DNA of 64,000 nucleotides, taken from contig NC_087436.1 of the NCBI RefSeq assembly GCF_036321535.1, forward strand, positions 121,150,001 to 121,214,000, written 5' to 3'. This document shows positions 45,701-57,700 of this stretch, in pieces. Made by a program: the position numbers and the translations under genes. Each line of letters begins with the position of its first letter. The stretch's first letter is position 1. This DNA is from Camelus dromedarius. Its lineage: Eukaryota. Below the pieces are notes generated by a model. That model was given only the letters and a program-made list of their open reading frames with translations, was not told where the DNA came from and ran no database searches.

Positions 45701-48700
45701 GAGGAGGGTCCAGTCCAGTTGGGACAGTGGGGACGGCTTACCCACTTGGAAGCCGTCCACCCAGCCAGGGTTCCCCTTGGGGGAGCTCAAGACACCACAG
45801 ACCCTAGCCCCGGCAGACCAAATTCTGTGGTTCCGACTCTCTGGAGCCCCCATCATAATCTGGACCTCACAGGTCCCTCCCAAGAGCCTGACACCTCACT
45901 TTACTGAGGGGATTGGCCCTAAAGGCTCCAAGTTGGGAGAAGGTGGAGGTCAAGTCAGGGCCCTCCTCTTGGGGACAGCAGGGTACAGGGCTGCACTGGT
46001 GGAGGAGCCAGGACGGGGGCATGGCCTGACCCCTCGGCCACCCCTGGCTCTCTCTCAGGATCCAGCCTCAGCCCCACGGTCCCTCCTGCCCCCAGAGAGA
46101 GCCACAGTCTAGCCTCAGCCTCCAGCCCTTCTGGGCCATCCCAAGGCCTCTGCTGGCCCTGGGTCCCCCATCTCACTCTGCCTGTCTCCATGGAGACTGA
46201 CTGGGTCCCCCTGAGAAAGCTTGAGGACGGCCCGACCAAAGTCCTGTTCCTGCTCGTGACACGCACGAGGTCTCCCGCCATTCGGTCTCCAGCTCAGACT
46301 ATGCTGAACCCCTCCTCATGCAGCAGATCGGTCCTGAGCACCTACTGGGGCCCAGGACTCCAGCACACAAGGGGTGGGCGGCAACTTGGATGTCCTGGGG
46401 CCTCTCTGAGTGCAGGCTTGCAGGTGGGGATGAGGGGTGGGGGGCTGGAAGGTCACGCTGCCAGCCACTGGTGGCCCGTGGCTTCCACTCTGAGGGGCCC
46501 AGAGATCAGGTGGAGCAGACCAACGGCGAGGCGTGTGGGGAAGACAGAAGAGGGGGTTGGACAGAGGATGGATGGGCAGCAGGAGACCCAGGGCCGTTGG
46601 CCTGAGTGGCCAGGAGGATGGAGTAGTCAGAACTCCAGCCAGGGGTCTGGGGCAGGGGTGCTGGGCCAGCCCGGTCAGCCTGCGAGGACTGTGGAGTGGC
46701 CAGGCTGGCCCAGGAGCTCCCAGGCACTAGCAGGAGAAGGTCCACTCAGCTCCGGCCAGGCCAGGGCCAGGCCAGGGCACAAGAACACACTGCTGGAAAG
46801 GGCGTTCTGGAGAGCGCCCCTGCAGAGGCCGCCCTCCTGGGACTTCCGTGTCCCAGGAAAGCAGGCAGCCACTCCAGGTCACATCACAGTTTGTGCTGGG
46901 GAGGCTGGCTGGCTGCCCCAGAAAGCAGGTGTGCACGGGAGGCGCGTCCCCCGGCCACCCAGACAGAAGGGCCAGGCCTCTACTGGAGAGAGGGGACATC
47001 TGAGTGGACAAGTGCAAACATGGCGGGAGTGGGGGTGGATACAGGGACAAGAGGCTGGGCCCTGGGCTGGGGAGAGCTGCACAGCTGGCCCAGGAGCCCC
47101 GACACCCCTGGGGTCGGGCAGCTGGACCCCCTGTGGTTGTCGTCCTGTCACAGCTGGAGCCAGGCAGGCTTCCCCAGTGTCTCCAGCCCAGGGCTTCTGC
47201 CTCAGCTGGGACTGAGCAGGTGTGACACACGGAGACCGTCGCTGGGGTCCAGGTTGGGGGAGTGGCTGGGCACTGGGCAGCCCGGTGCAGATCGGCTCCC
47301 GGGACTCATGGCCACACCAAGGGCATGTGGTCTGGGCACTTTTCCTGCCAAGGTAAAAGGTGTGGCCCTGGTGTGGGCATGCGGCCTCTGGTTAACACTA
47401 GCCCCATTCCCATGGAAACCCGGTTGCTAGGCTACAGTGACCCCTGGCAGGTGGGCTGTGGGCGAGTGAGCAGGAGAGCTACCGTAACTGCTGCCAGGTG
47501 GGCTGAGGGCTCCCCACTGCTCTGCTAACTGGACACATCTTTGGGGACCCTGGACACTGTCAGTGTGGCATGAGGCCCCCAAATTGGCTGACTTCTGCCC
47601 CACCCAGTGAGCAGCATCTCCTCGTGCTGGGCCCCAGGGGACCCAGGCCAGGACGGATCCCTTGCGAGTGCTCCTGGGGGAGGGCTGGACGGGCACTGAG
47701 GTAGCCACAGGGCCAGCTGAGGACGGGAGCAGGGAGCCCAGCTGGCCTGTGGGCCCCCCGAGAGTCTGGCCTCCTGGAGGGGCTGAGGGACTCTGGGCCG
47801 GGACCCGGACCCAGGCCCCCAGTGCCAGCACAGCCAGGTGCCTGGGTGAGGGGCTGAGATGGCGGTGGAGGGGTGGAGGGATGGAGGGCCCAGCCACTGG
47901 ACTGAGGAAGGGGCAGTTAGGGAGAGAATTCTCCAAACCTAGGGCCCAGGGAAGGGCTCCAGACACCCTCCGGAGCAGACTTCTCCCAGACCCCACATGG
48001 TAAGACCCGCACCCTAGGGTCCCATGTCACAGCTGAGCGCTCAGCCCAGGAGCCAAGGCGAGGACCTGCCGGCCCGACAGCACCTAGGGGTGGAGCGGGT
48101 GCTGGGCCGGGGGCTTCGGTCAGCGCTGGAGACCACTCCTCGGCTGGCTCTGGACACCTTCACCCACGACCCTGTTCAACAGATGTGCCTTCCTCACTAG
48201 GGAGAAGTGCCGTTTGGGGGCGACTCCCACAGCCTTGCTGTGGGCACAGGCACCTCCTCCCACTGGGCGAGCACCGCCCTCTGCACAGCCGGGGACACTG
48301 ACTCAGAACCTGACTCTCGCTCTGCCAGGACCCGAGGTCCCAGCCGGTCCTCCCCAAGACGGGAACTGCCAGAGCACGCTCACCAACTCTCAGAGTTTTG
48401 TTGGAAACCAAACAGGTCAGAAGGTGGCTGGGAATTCGGACCAAATCCCCTGCAGGGAAGGCGCGTCCTACAGTACAGGCTCCATGCCGGGGCCGCGTGT
48501 CCCTCTGAAGACCACCATCTTTCAGCCACACCGGGCGCTGACGGTCCTTTTCGTACGTGGGTGCTGGGGACTAAGGGCCAGGTGGGCAGGCAGCACGACT
48601 CCAAGGGACACCCTCCCTGGGTGGGGGCGCACTGCTGGCAGCCTGGGGTGGGGAGCCTGGGGTGGGGAGCCTGGGGACCCAACGGCACCATGACACGGGA

Positions 48701-51700
48701 TGGAGGGGCCATGGCGGCCACCACGCTGCTGGGCAACAGTTCATGGCAGCTGGAACTGGCGAGAGTAACTCCGGGTGAAACCCGCCTTCTGGCCCCAAGA
48801 ATACGGAAGCTGGCCCGGGGGGTACGAGCAGGCTCTTCACTGGGACTAGGAACCTTGGGTGTGGTTCCCATGTCACAATGTGGATGTGGGGCTCATGGAC
48901 CAGCGGGGGATCCATCTGGCAAGGCCGACAAGGAGGCTGTCCCCCAGGGGCCTTGTGGGACGAGCAGATGCTGCACAGAAGGACACGTGGCCCAGGCTCT
49001 TCCCAGCTCCAGGGGGACACTGGGCAGATCACAGGCCCTCATGGCTCCTTGGCACCTGCCTCACTGGCCTGTGCCCAAGTGCCTCTCCGTCCTCCCTGCT
49101 CGGGACAGCTGGGAGCCAAGTGTCCAGGGTCCCCACCTCCTTGGGGGCTGGGGGTTGGTGGTGGCTGTGGAACTGGTCCCTGTCAGTGGTCAGGAGGAGC
49201 CCTCAGGGCTCCGGGTTTCCACCCCACAGAGACTAGTACACGGAGAGCGACGCACTTGGGAAAGACAGGGACCCGCAGGCACACTGCCCATGCAGATGGG
49301 CATGCAGGGGGAAGGCTGAGCCCACCCTGGGTGAACAGTGTGGGCCCGACACACTCAGAGCAGAACGTGGACCCGGAGGAGCTGGGTGGGGCTGAGGGAA
49401 GGCCTACAGCAGGCAGCCAGCACACCTCGGCCCTGGGTTCACGGCGAACGAGCCAGGAGAATCCAGCCTGGCTGCCTCACCCACCCCCTCCTGGCACCCC
49501 TTCCTCTGCCTGGAGGCCCGATGCCGAAGCCGGCTCTTGGGGCGGGGGCCTCCCGTGGGGCCCACGTGAGGGGCTCGGGAACGTTTGCTGAGTGAATGGT
49601 AGATCTCTGAAAGCCAGTGTATTCATGTAAACCCAGTGACTCCCATACATAAAAAACGTGCAATACTTTCTCTGGATTAAGATACACTTACTGCTTTTCT
49701 AAAGTGGAAACAAAGTTTCAAATGAGAAAGGAAAGAGTTTTAAACCAGTCCAGTGATGAGATCTAGAGTTTATTTCTCCGGGAAGAACAGAGTTCAAACA
49801 CAGGTGAAAACTACACACAGGCGTCTACAAAGAAGAGCAGGACAAGACAGCCAGGCTGCGGCGCAGGCCGTGCGGGGCGACGCGCGCGGGACTCCGCATC
49901 CGCGCGCCATCCCACCGGGAAGGCACCCGCCCCACGCGGCACTGCGCACGTGCGTACGACCGTGCGGGGACCAGCACCGCCTTGGGTCCCCACGGAGACG
50001 CAGCTGCAGGTCTGACAAGACCTAGCCCTGGGGCAGGACTCTGAGTGCCGGCGGCATCCTGACCGGGGCCTTCCCGCCACCCCCAACAGCGGTTCATGAC
50101 CTAGAGCGTCCGCGCATCACGGGGCACGCCGGGGACACCGGCAGCCTCCAGGGCCCTGTGGACACGCACGTGGACAAGGCTCCTCGCCTACATCGCGGGA
50201 CCAGGGACGCGGGGACACCGGCGGTGGCCTCAAGCCCCTTCCAGGAGGCCGGGGCCCCGCTTCACCTGCCAACACTCGTGCTTCTGGGGAATGGCTCCGC
50301 CGCCAGCCGTGCTGCCTGCCTTCTCACGCTAAGTTCCCGCTTCCACCTGGAGGGACACCTGTGACTGGCCGGGTCAGGGAACCCCATGGGGCCCCGGTGC
50401 CTGGGCACGCATGCTGTCTGACCGGCAGGCGGAGGGCGGCCAGCCCTCCCTGTGGACGGACCGTAGGCCAGTCCTCGCGCTGCCATTCACGTGGGGCTTC
50501 ACGCTCTTGCTCCAGACAAACACTCTTTCAGGCTTGAGATCAAAACGCCGGAAGCGCCAGCAGCCATCGGGAACTTAAAGCGGCGCGCGCGCGCAGAAGT
50601 TCCCAGGGCCTCGCTTGCTGGTGCTCCCGGGCCCAGGACTGAGGAGGGGGCAGCAGAGACAGTGCCACTGTGCCCGCTGTGGGCGCCGCCTCGAGCCCCG
50701 CCCCACGGTGGGATGCCCCCTCCGGGCCCCTCAGCGCCCACCCCGCCCACACTCGAACCTCAGCAGCTGCCGAGTCCCTTCAGAAAAGGCAGATGCAGCC
50801 ACGACAAACAGTAACCGGGGAAGAGGCCACGTGAAGCCTCCCGAGAGCTTTTGGGGCCAAGGGCTAACTTACCACAGCTGTTTCTTTTTTATTGGAAACT
50901 GGGTGGACAACACAGGGTGGACAACACGGGGTGGGTGACACCAGGCGGGCAGGGAGCAGCGGAGTCACAGGGGCTCAGGGGTGTCACACTGGGAGGTACC
51001 TGGTCTCGGAGGCCCCGCCGAGTTCCGCGGGGCAGGGGGTGGTGGCAGGAAGGTGCTGTTGGGGCTGTTGATGTCTCCCTCCCCCGTGAGCGTCAGGTCA
51101 GCCACATGCTCGCCCTCCACGGTCTGGACGTCCCTGGCCTCTGCTTCCTGCGCCGGGGGGCTGGGGGTCCCGGGGGCACAGAAGGGCGCGCTGTCCGCCG
51201 AGCCAGGGCTGGTGGCCGGGCTTTCTCGGCAGTCCCAGGCGGGCCCCTGCGGCTCTCGGGGCCTGGGAGCCCTCTCCTTGCCGTGGCCTGTTGTGGGTCT
51301 CTGGCCGAAGGCCTTGGCGGAGGCCAAGGATGGGGTGAGCTCCGTAGGGCTGGGGGGCAGACGCAGGAACTCGGGCAGCACCAGGTCCTCCTTCCTCAGC
51401 AGCCCGCGCTGGTCGTCTGCTCTGTTGCTCTGAGCTTTGGAAATGAGCTCAAAAAACTCTACAGAAGAAAACCCACATTGACTAAGTTTTAGAGAGTCTA
51501 CCGTCTGGCACATGCAGCCAAATGCACGTCTGGAAAGCTCCATCCCGCTGCCCAGGCCTCCTCACTCCTGTCTGTACCCGCAGGGCTGCAGGGACACTCT
51601 CTCTGCTCCTCCCTGAAGTCAAGCTGCCTGAAGCCCAGACTGAAAACCCAGCCTGACTGGACCAACCCTGCGCCGACGGGTTTCAGCAGCACATCTCTGG

Positions 51701-54700
51701 TGCCACACAATTCCTGGCTCTCTTCTGAGGATTACAGAGGCCACTGGCCAGACACTACGGCCTGAAAGACCCAGGACGTGCCCCAGCCTGGCGCCCGGAG
51801 CTGGTGAACCAGCCTTGGCCAATGTGAAGGATGCACGGGTTGTGTCACCACGAACCGGGGGCCTCTGGGGGTCACCACCCTTCAGAAGAGGGTGGTCCAG
51901 ATGGGGCCTGAGAGTGGCGCCCAGCCCTGAAGGCCGGGCCCCTCTGTCCACGCTGGGGGCCCCACGGCCCCAGGCCCCTCCCGGGCGGCCCCGGGCGGCC
52001 TGCTCTATAGCTCCTGCTTTGCTGGCTTCCAGAGCTCTTCTTTTTCCCACCTGGGCGGATTCCCAGTCGTAACTCGAGTTCACCATGCAAAGTCGATGGT
52101 GTCTACACTGAGTTTTCTCTAGTCTTTAATGACAATCTTAGCTTCTGAACAAGGAGTTTAAAAATCTCAAATCTCGCTGGCTTTCAGAAAGGCGCCAACT
52201 GCAGACAGCTGTGTGCGTTACTCCCGCCTGATGTTGGCCGTCACAGGGAACCGTGACAGCCCAGCAGACCAGGATGTGCTCCCTGGGCCAAAGCTCAGGT
52301 CACAGGAACAGCTCAGTTTCGAGTCAGTTCTCAAGCTTGTCTTTGTTGTAAGCTTTCAGAAGCAAAGGAAGTTTCCAGCACCCTCCCTCTCCGTCTCCCG
52401 GTGCATCCTTCCTCCCCTGCGGGCAGGGGAGAAGCGCAGGCGGCCAACCCACAGGCTAACACAGCCTTTCCCCTGGGCCTCTGGCCAGCAGAAGACAGCC
52501 AGCCCTGGGCCCTCCTGCCTGCCACCTCCTGGTGAGGACTCTCAGAGACAAGGACCCTGATCCCCGAGCCTCCCTCTGAGCCAAGGACCTGGCTGTGGGG
52601 AGGAGACAGACGGAGGGCCCACACGGGACTCCTGACTCCTAAGGGGCCTGGCTCTCAGCCTGAAAACTGGAGTCCTCGTAAAGTCACACTGACAACTGAA
52701 GACTGATGGGGGACAAATTCTCAGCGTGACAGGGATCACAGCCACCCTGATGTCAGTAACACAGGGCAAGTTCCAACGATCACATGGAAACCTGACATTG
52801 CATTCACTAAAAATGTGGAAGTTTTAGAAAGTACACCTACCCTCTGCTTCGTCCAAATTAATTTTCTGAAATTTTTTTTTCCCAATCTTTGCAATAGATT
52901 CTTCTCTCTTTGAAAGCCGGGGATCCCTAGCATTCTTCCCATTTTCTCCTTTTATTTTAATAGAATTAGACTTGCCTAGTGTTCTCTCCTCTCCCTGCGT
53001 CAGAAGGAAAGTCAAAGTTCTACTCACATTTCAGACACATGACAACACACAGTTCATCAGTGATATAACAAAAGGCTTTGAAACGTAGATTGCATTGATT
53101 TGGACTTAAAATGTGTTGCAGAAAAGTCAGCCACAACGATGAAGGTTACAAAAGAACAGCACATCAGGCACCCCCCCCCGGCGCCCCCCAGGCCAGTGGG
53201 CAGAGGCGGCATGAAGGGACCACGAGAAGACCCCCCGTCCGGCCCACCGCCCGGGATGCGAGCCCAACCCGACCAGAGGCGCAGGGGGCCACTGGGGCCG
53301 CGGGCTCGCGGGGCTGGCGGGCCACCCGCCCCGAGCATCGCGTCGCAGGGGAGGGGCGAGGGGGCGGGAAGAGGGCAGTTACCGTAGCCGACTGGCTTCT
53401 GGAACTGGTGCTGACGGATGTGCTCTGTTTGGCTGGCGCACTTTTCTGTTTATCTGTGGACACTGAACACAGTGAGATAAGCTTTCTAACTGCGGTGAGT
53501 GCAAATCTGTCTCGACACTGAACATAATTAGGTTTCTATGTCTTTGAGAGAAAAGCTGGACAGAAGCCCAAGTGTGAGATACCGGCCCCTTATCTACATG
53601 GACGAGTAGGCCCAAACGCCACACGCGGGGCCCTCGTCCGCCTGCCACGTCTGGCAGGAACGGAGCAAGGGTGACGTGGAGAGGGCTCGTGGTTTGCAGG
53701 TTTACTGGGCCTTTGTGGTCATGAGCTGAATGGAAGCTCGTTTGGATACTGTTTGGCTCGAATGTCTTTAGAAAGTAGACGAGTTTCACACTAGTATTTT
53801 CAAATATAGCCATTGCCCCGAGTAGGGGCCGCAGGCCGGCCCCAGTGGCCCTCACGGTCCACAGACGACTCTCTGGCCCAGAGAGGCCTGGCGGAATCAC
53901 AGCTCTCCTGCCTACGAGCGGCGTCACAATTGCTGCCTGCACGGGCCTGCAGCTGCGCCGTCAGACTCACCTGTGCACAAACAGGCCAGAAGGTCCAGCC
54001 GCGTCAGGCCCGAGAGAGGCACTGAGCACCTGCGCCCTGTGCGGGCCGCTCACCCTCTGTGGTGGCTACCAGGCCTGGGGGAGAGCGCACGGCCTTCTCC
54101 AGAACCCAGATGGGCCCAGAGGGGCAGGAGCAGCAGGCACTGGAGCCCCGAGGGCAGAGGGACCACCACGGTCTGGGTCACCAGCAGGGATGGAGGCAGG
54201 TGACTGGTGCCCCATTTTAGGGCTGAGCCAGCTCGCTGGGCCAAAGCCTGGGAAAGGGAGGGGGCAGCCCAACGTGGCCCCCAGCAGCCCTGACACGGCC
54301 ACCTCCTCGCCTCACTCAGCAAGCTCCAGAAAGCTCTCTCCAGGAGACATGCCCCCGCCACCCTCCACCTGGGAGTGGCTGAGCGCTCCGAGAGGTGCAG
54401 GTCCCGAGGCTGCAGGGCCTGACTGAGCCCCAGCTGCCAGGCTGCTGCCCCAAGGCCAGGCTCTGGGCTGTAGGGACCGCCATGTCCCCGGGGCAGCGCT
54501 GTCATGGCTGAGGCAGCGTGCGGGAAAGGGCTCTGGAAACCACCTGATTCCACACACAAGGCACAATGGGACCTCCATCACCACCCAGGCTCCCACCTCA
54601 GCTACTGCTGGGCCGAGGCCGGGCAGCACTGCCCTGGGGTCCCCTGTCCCTGGAGCAGAGGGATGATGAGGCCTCCCAGGAACCAGGCACGCTGGAACCC

Positions 54701-57700
54701 AGGAGCAGCCCCGGGGGTTCCTCAGGGCCTGTCGCCCCTCCTTACGATTGAGAAGACACCCTCAGGAGGCCCCAGCACGAGGCCCTCGCGCTCCTGGTCC
54801 CAGTGCCTCCTGCCCAAAGTCAGGGCCTGGACTCGTCTAGGCACCTAGGGTTGAGCTCGGCCCTGGCAGGGGGTCGCCAGGCCCGAGAGACGCTAAACCC
54901 CAGCAGCACCGCCTGGGCTGTCGCTCTGAGAGCTCAGGGCAGGAGCGGGCGCTTCCCCGGAGGCAGAGTCCAGGGGCCCGGCAGCATGACCCTGCTCACC
55001 TTTCCCTCGGGAGGGGTCCTTCTCCTCCAAGATGACCCGCTGTCCGTCCAGACTTGAGATGGGGGCTCCCAGGTCCAGGGGCTCCTTCTCTCCATTCTAG
55101 AGGCAGAGAAGGTACAATGAGTAACCACCCAGCTGGAACTTTCCAGAACAACCGTATGTGGTCCATCTGCTGACAGCAAGACCTCCCCAGACTTAATGGA
55201 ATCACACACCAGGTGACCCCAAGTCCTGGGCTGGCTGCAGACTCCTGACATGGAACAACCAGCGCTGGCTGGCCTGCCTGGAATGCTGGCCCTAGAAACC
55301 CGCGGGGACCAGACTGCCACTCGAGTGACGGCCATTGGCTGCACTCGGCCACGTCGAAGGTCCGGGGGTGAAAGACACGTGGCAGGTGCTACAAACACCT
55401 GCGTCCACAAGCCTGGGGTTGTCAGTGAAGGTGGCCCAAGTCTCAGCACGACTCCCCACCTGGATGCGGTGGCCCTGAAGCCCTCCGTGGCCTTCAACAT
55501 GCCAGGAGGCGAGTGCGGGGGCAGGTGCCTCCCTGTGGGTGGGAAGCAGGTGGGCCCGAGGCCCAGGGTCCTGCCCTCCTCTCCTGGGGAGGCTCTCTTA
55601 CTGTTCAAGGTCCACAGCCTATGTTGAAAAAAGCATCTGAACTTGTGGTTTGGCTCCAAAATTCCCTGTAAGTCAGAACTACACGGTGACCAAATGCCCA
55701 GTGGGGGCTCTGGCTGAGTGAGGACCAGACCAAGGCTGGCAGGGTACTGCCCGCTCAGACTTCCTGGCCTCGGGGGGTCACAGTTCACTGAAGAGGGTCA
55801 GCAGGTGTGTCCAAGGAGAGCCACGTCCTCACAGCCCAACCTCAAGGACCCTCCACACTGCCCTCGCCAGTTCCCCAGCCCCGAGCCCCCAGGTGGCTGG
55901 ACTGCTCTTCCGGGTCAGGCTTCACCAGCCAGCCTTCAGGACCGGACACTCCTACGTGACCACAGAGCATGTGTCCATGACCCACCCCCCTTTTCAGATA
56001 GGGAAACAGGCCCCGGGGGTTGGGGGATCGCTTGCGATCTGACATGATCAGAGTAGGGAATGCGTCCCTCTCTGTCCGGGACACTCTGGACTCTAGGACG
56101 GCACCCCCACCCCCAGCCCCAATGAGCTGGGAGGGGGCTTCAGGTCACTCTCGGGGTGTCCAAAAACAGCTGAGCACAGCCCTCTCACTCACGTCAAAGC
56201 TCTTGAACAATTCTGGAGCCCATTTCAGAGAAAATTAAAATCCTAAAACTACTCGAAATCATAGCTCTGATAAAGTATATTTTCCAAAGAAAGAACACAG
56301 GCAAGTGTGTCATAAATCACCACGTTTCACAACAAATGTGTATCACGTGCCGGGACCCAGCAGGGACCAGCAGACACGGGTCCCAGCTCTCCGAGCCTGC
56401 TGGCTCTAGGCGTCTCCCTGCGGACCCCCTCTGGTTGCAGGGACAGGGACTCTGGTCTTGTCCCCTCTGAACTCATTCACCGAGTAATGAGTGATGACGG
56501 GGGCCTGGCGTGGCAATGCTGGAGAGCACTAGCTCTGCGGCGTGGAGGCTGGAAGCGTGACAGACCCCAGCGGGGGCCCGACAGTGGGTTGGGCAGGTGG
56601 GGCAGGCGCCACCGCGCTCCGCCATCAGCTCAGATTTGCAAATGGTGAGAGGTTGGAGAGTTTTCATGTATTTGTTTCTCCTCTTTGTTTCCCTGGGCCA
56701 AAAGCCCCAAATCTTAGGTATCAACCCAAACCCCAGTGGGAACCACCAAGGCATGAATAAACAACAAGCATCTCCACCGAAGGGCATGGGAGCAGGGGGC
56801 CACGGGGCCGCCTCCCACCGGGCCTGCCAGAAGGAGGGCTGCTGACAGGCCCCGGGTGTGTCCTTGGTCCCACTGGTCACAGCTCACTTTGTGGACACCT
56901 GGGGGCACACTGGGTCCCCGCAGGCAGCACCGAGCTGCAGCTGAGCCGGGCAGCTGAGCAGCACGGCAGGCCTTGCGTCACTCACCAGCCGGGCCACCAG
57001 CTCGCTCAGGCGCAGACCGTACTTGGCTGCCACGGGCCTCAGCACCTCCGTGACGGGCTTGCTGGGCTTGGCCTTGAGTCCCACGGACCGGTTAATCGGC
57101 ACCAGATCCAGCCTGGTGGGAGGGGAGAAATGGGCACATCTGCTACGGACCTACGACAACTGTCTCACAGACATTACGTCTTGAGAGCAGAGCTGCGTGG
57201 CACGCCTGGGGTCCCCGAGTCGGCCCCAGGTTCTGCACGAGAAGAGAGCCTGCAGGGTTTTCTCCAAGGCCTGGTGGGGCTGAGCTGGGGCGGCCACACA
57301 GGCCAAGAGCGGGCCCCTCCCCACGGGACGGCCCGAGCTCCGCATCCAGCCTGCCCGCCACCCTGGTCATACACGGGCAGGGAGAGTGCCCCTCTGGCCC
57401 CCGGGGCTGTGAGCGGCTGCCTCCCACCGAGCTCAGGACGAGGGCGCCGGCAGCCCCTTCCAGCAGAGCAGAGGCCCGTGGAGGGGTCACCAGAAGCAGC
57501 CGTGTGGCTCTGGAAACCTCACAGAAATGACAGTTGCATTTTTCTTACCGAAATAAAGTGCGTTTTTCTAGGCGCAGGTCCCTGGACTCCAAGATACTGC
57601 TGTCCTGATGCAGCACCAGAGGCTTTGGGACACGTGAAGGAACAGAGAGGGACATCAGGGGAGCCAAGGTGCCCCCCGCACCCACAGTGTGCAGCGCAGA

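Noticed and set aside
46190..49319. 341-aa and 370-aa + strand ORFs in the last RGS12 intron (similar ORFs at 5264-6337, 25919-26902 and 61193-62167)
   Set aside because: Gly/Pro/Arg/Ala-biased translations typical of GC-rich non-coding DNA, with no recognisable domains or exon structure
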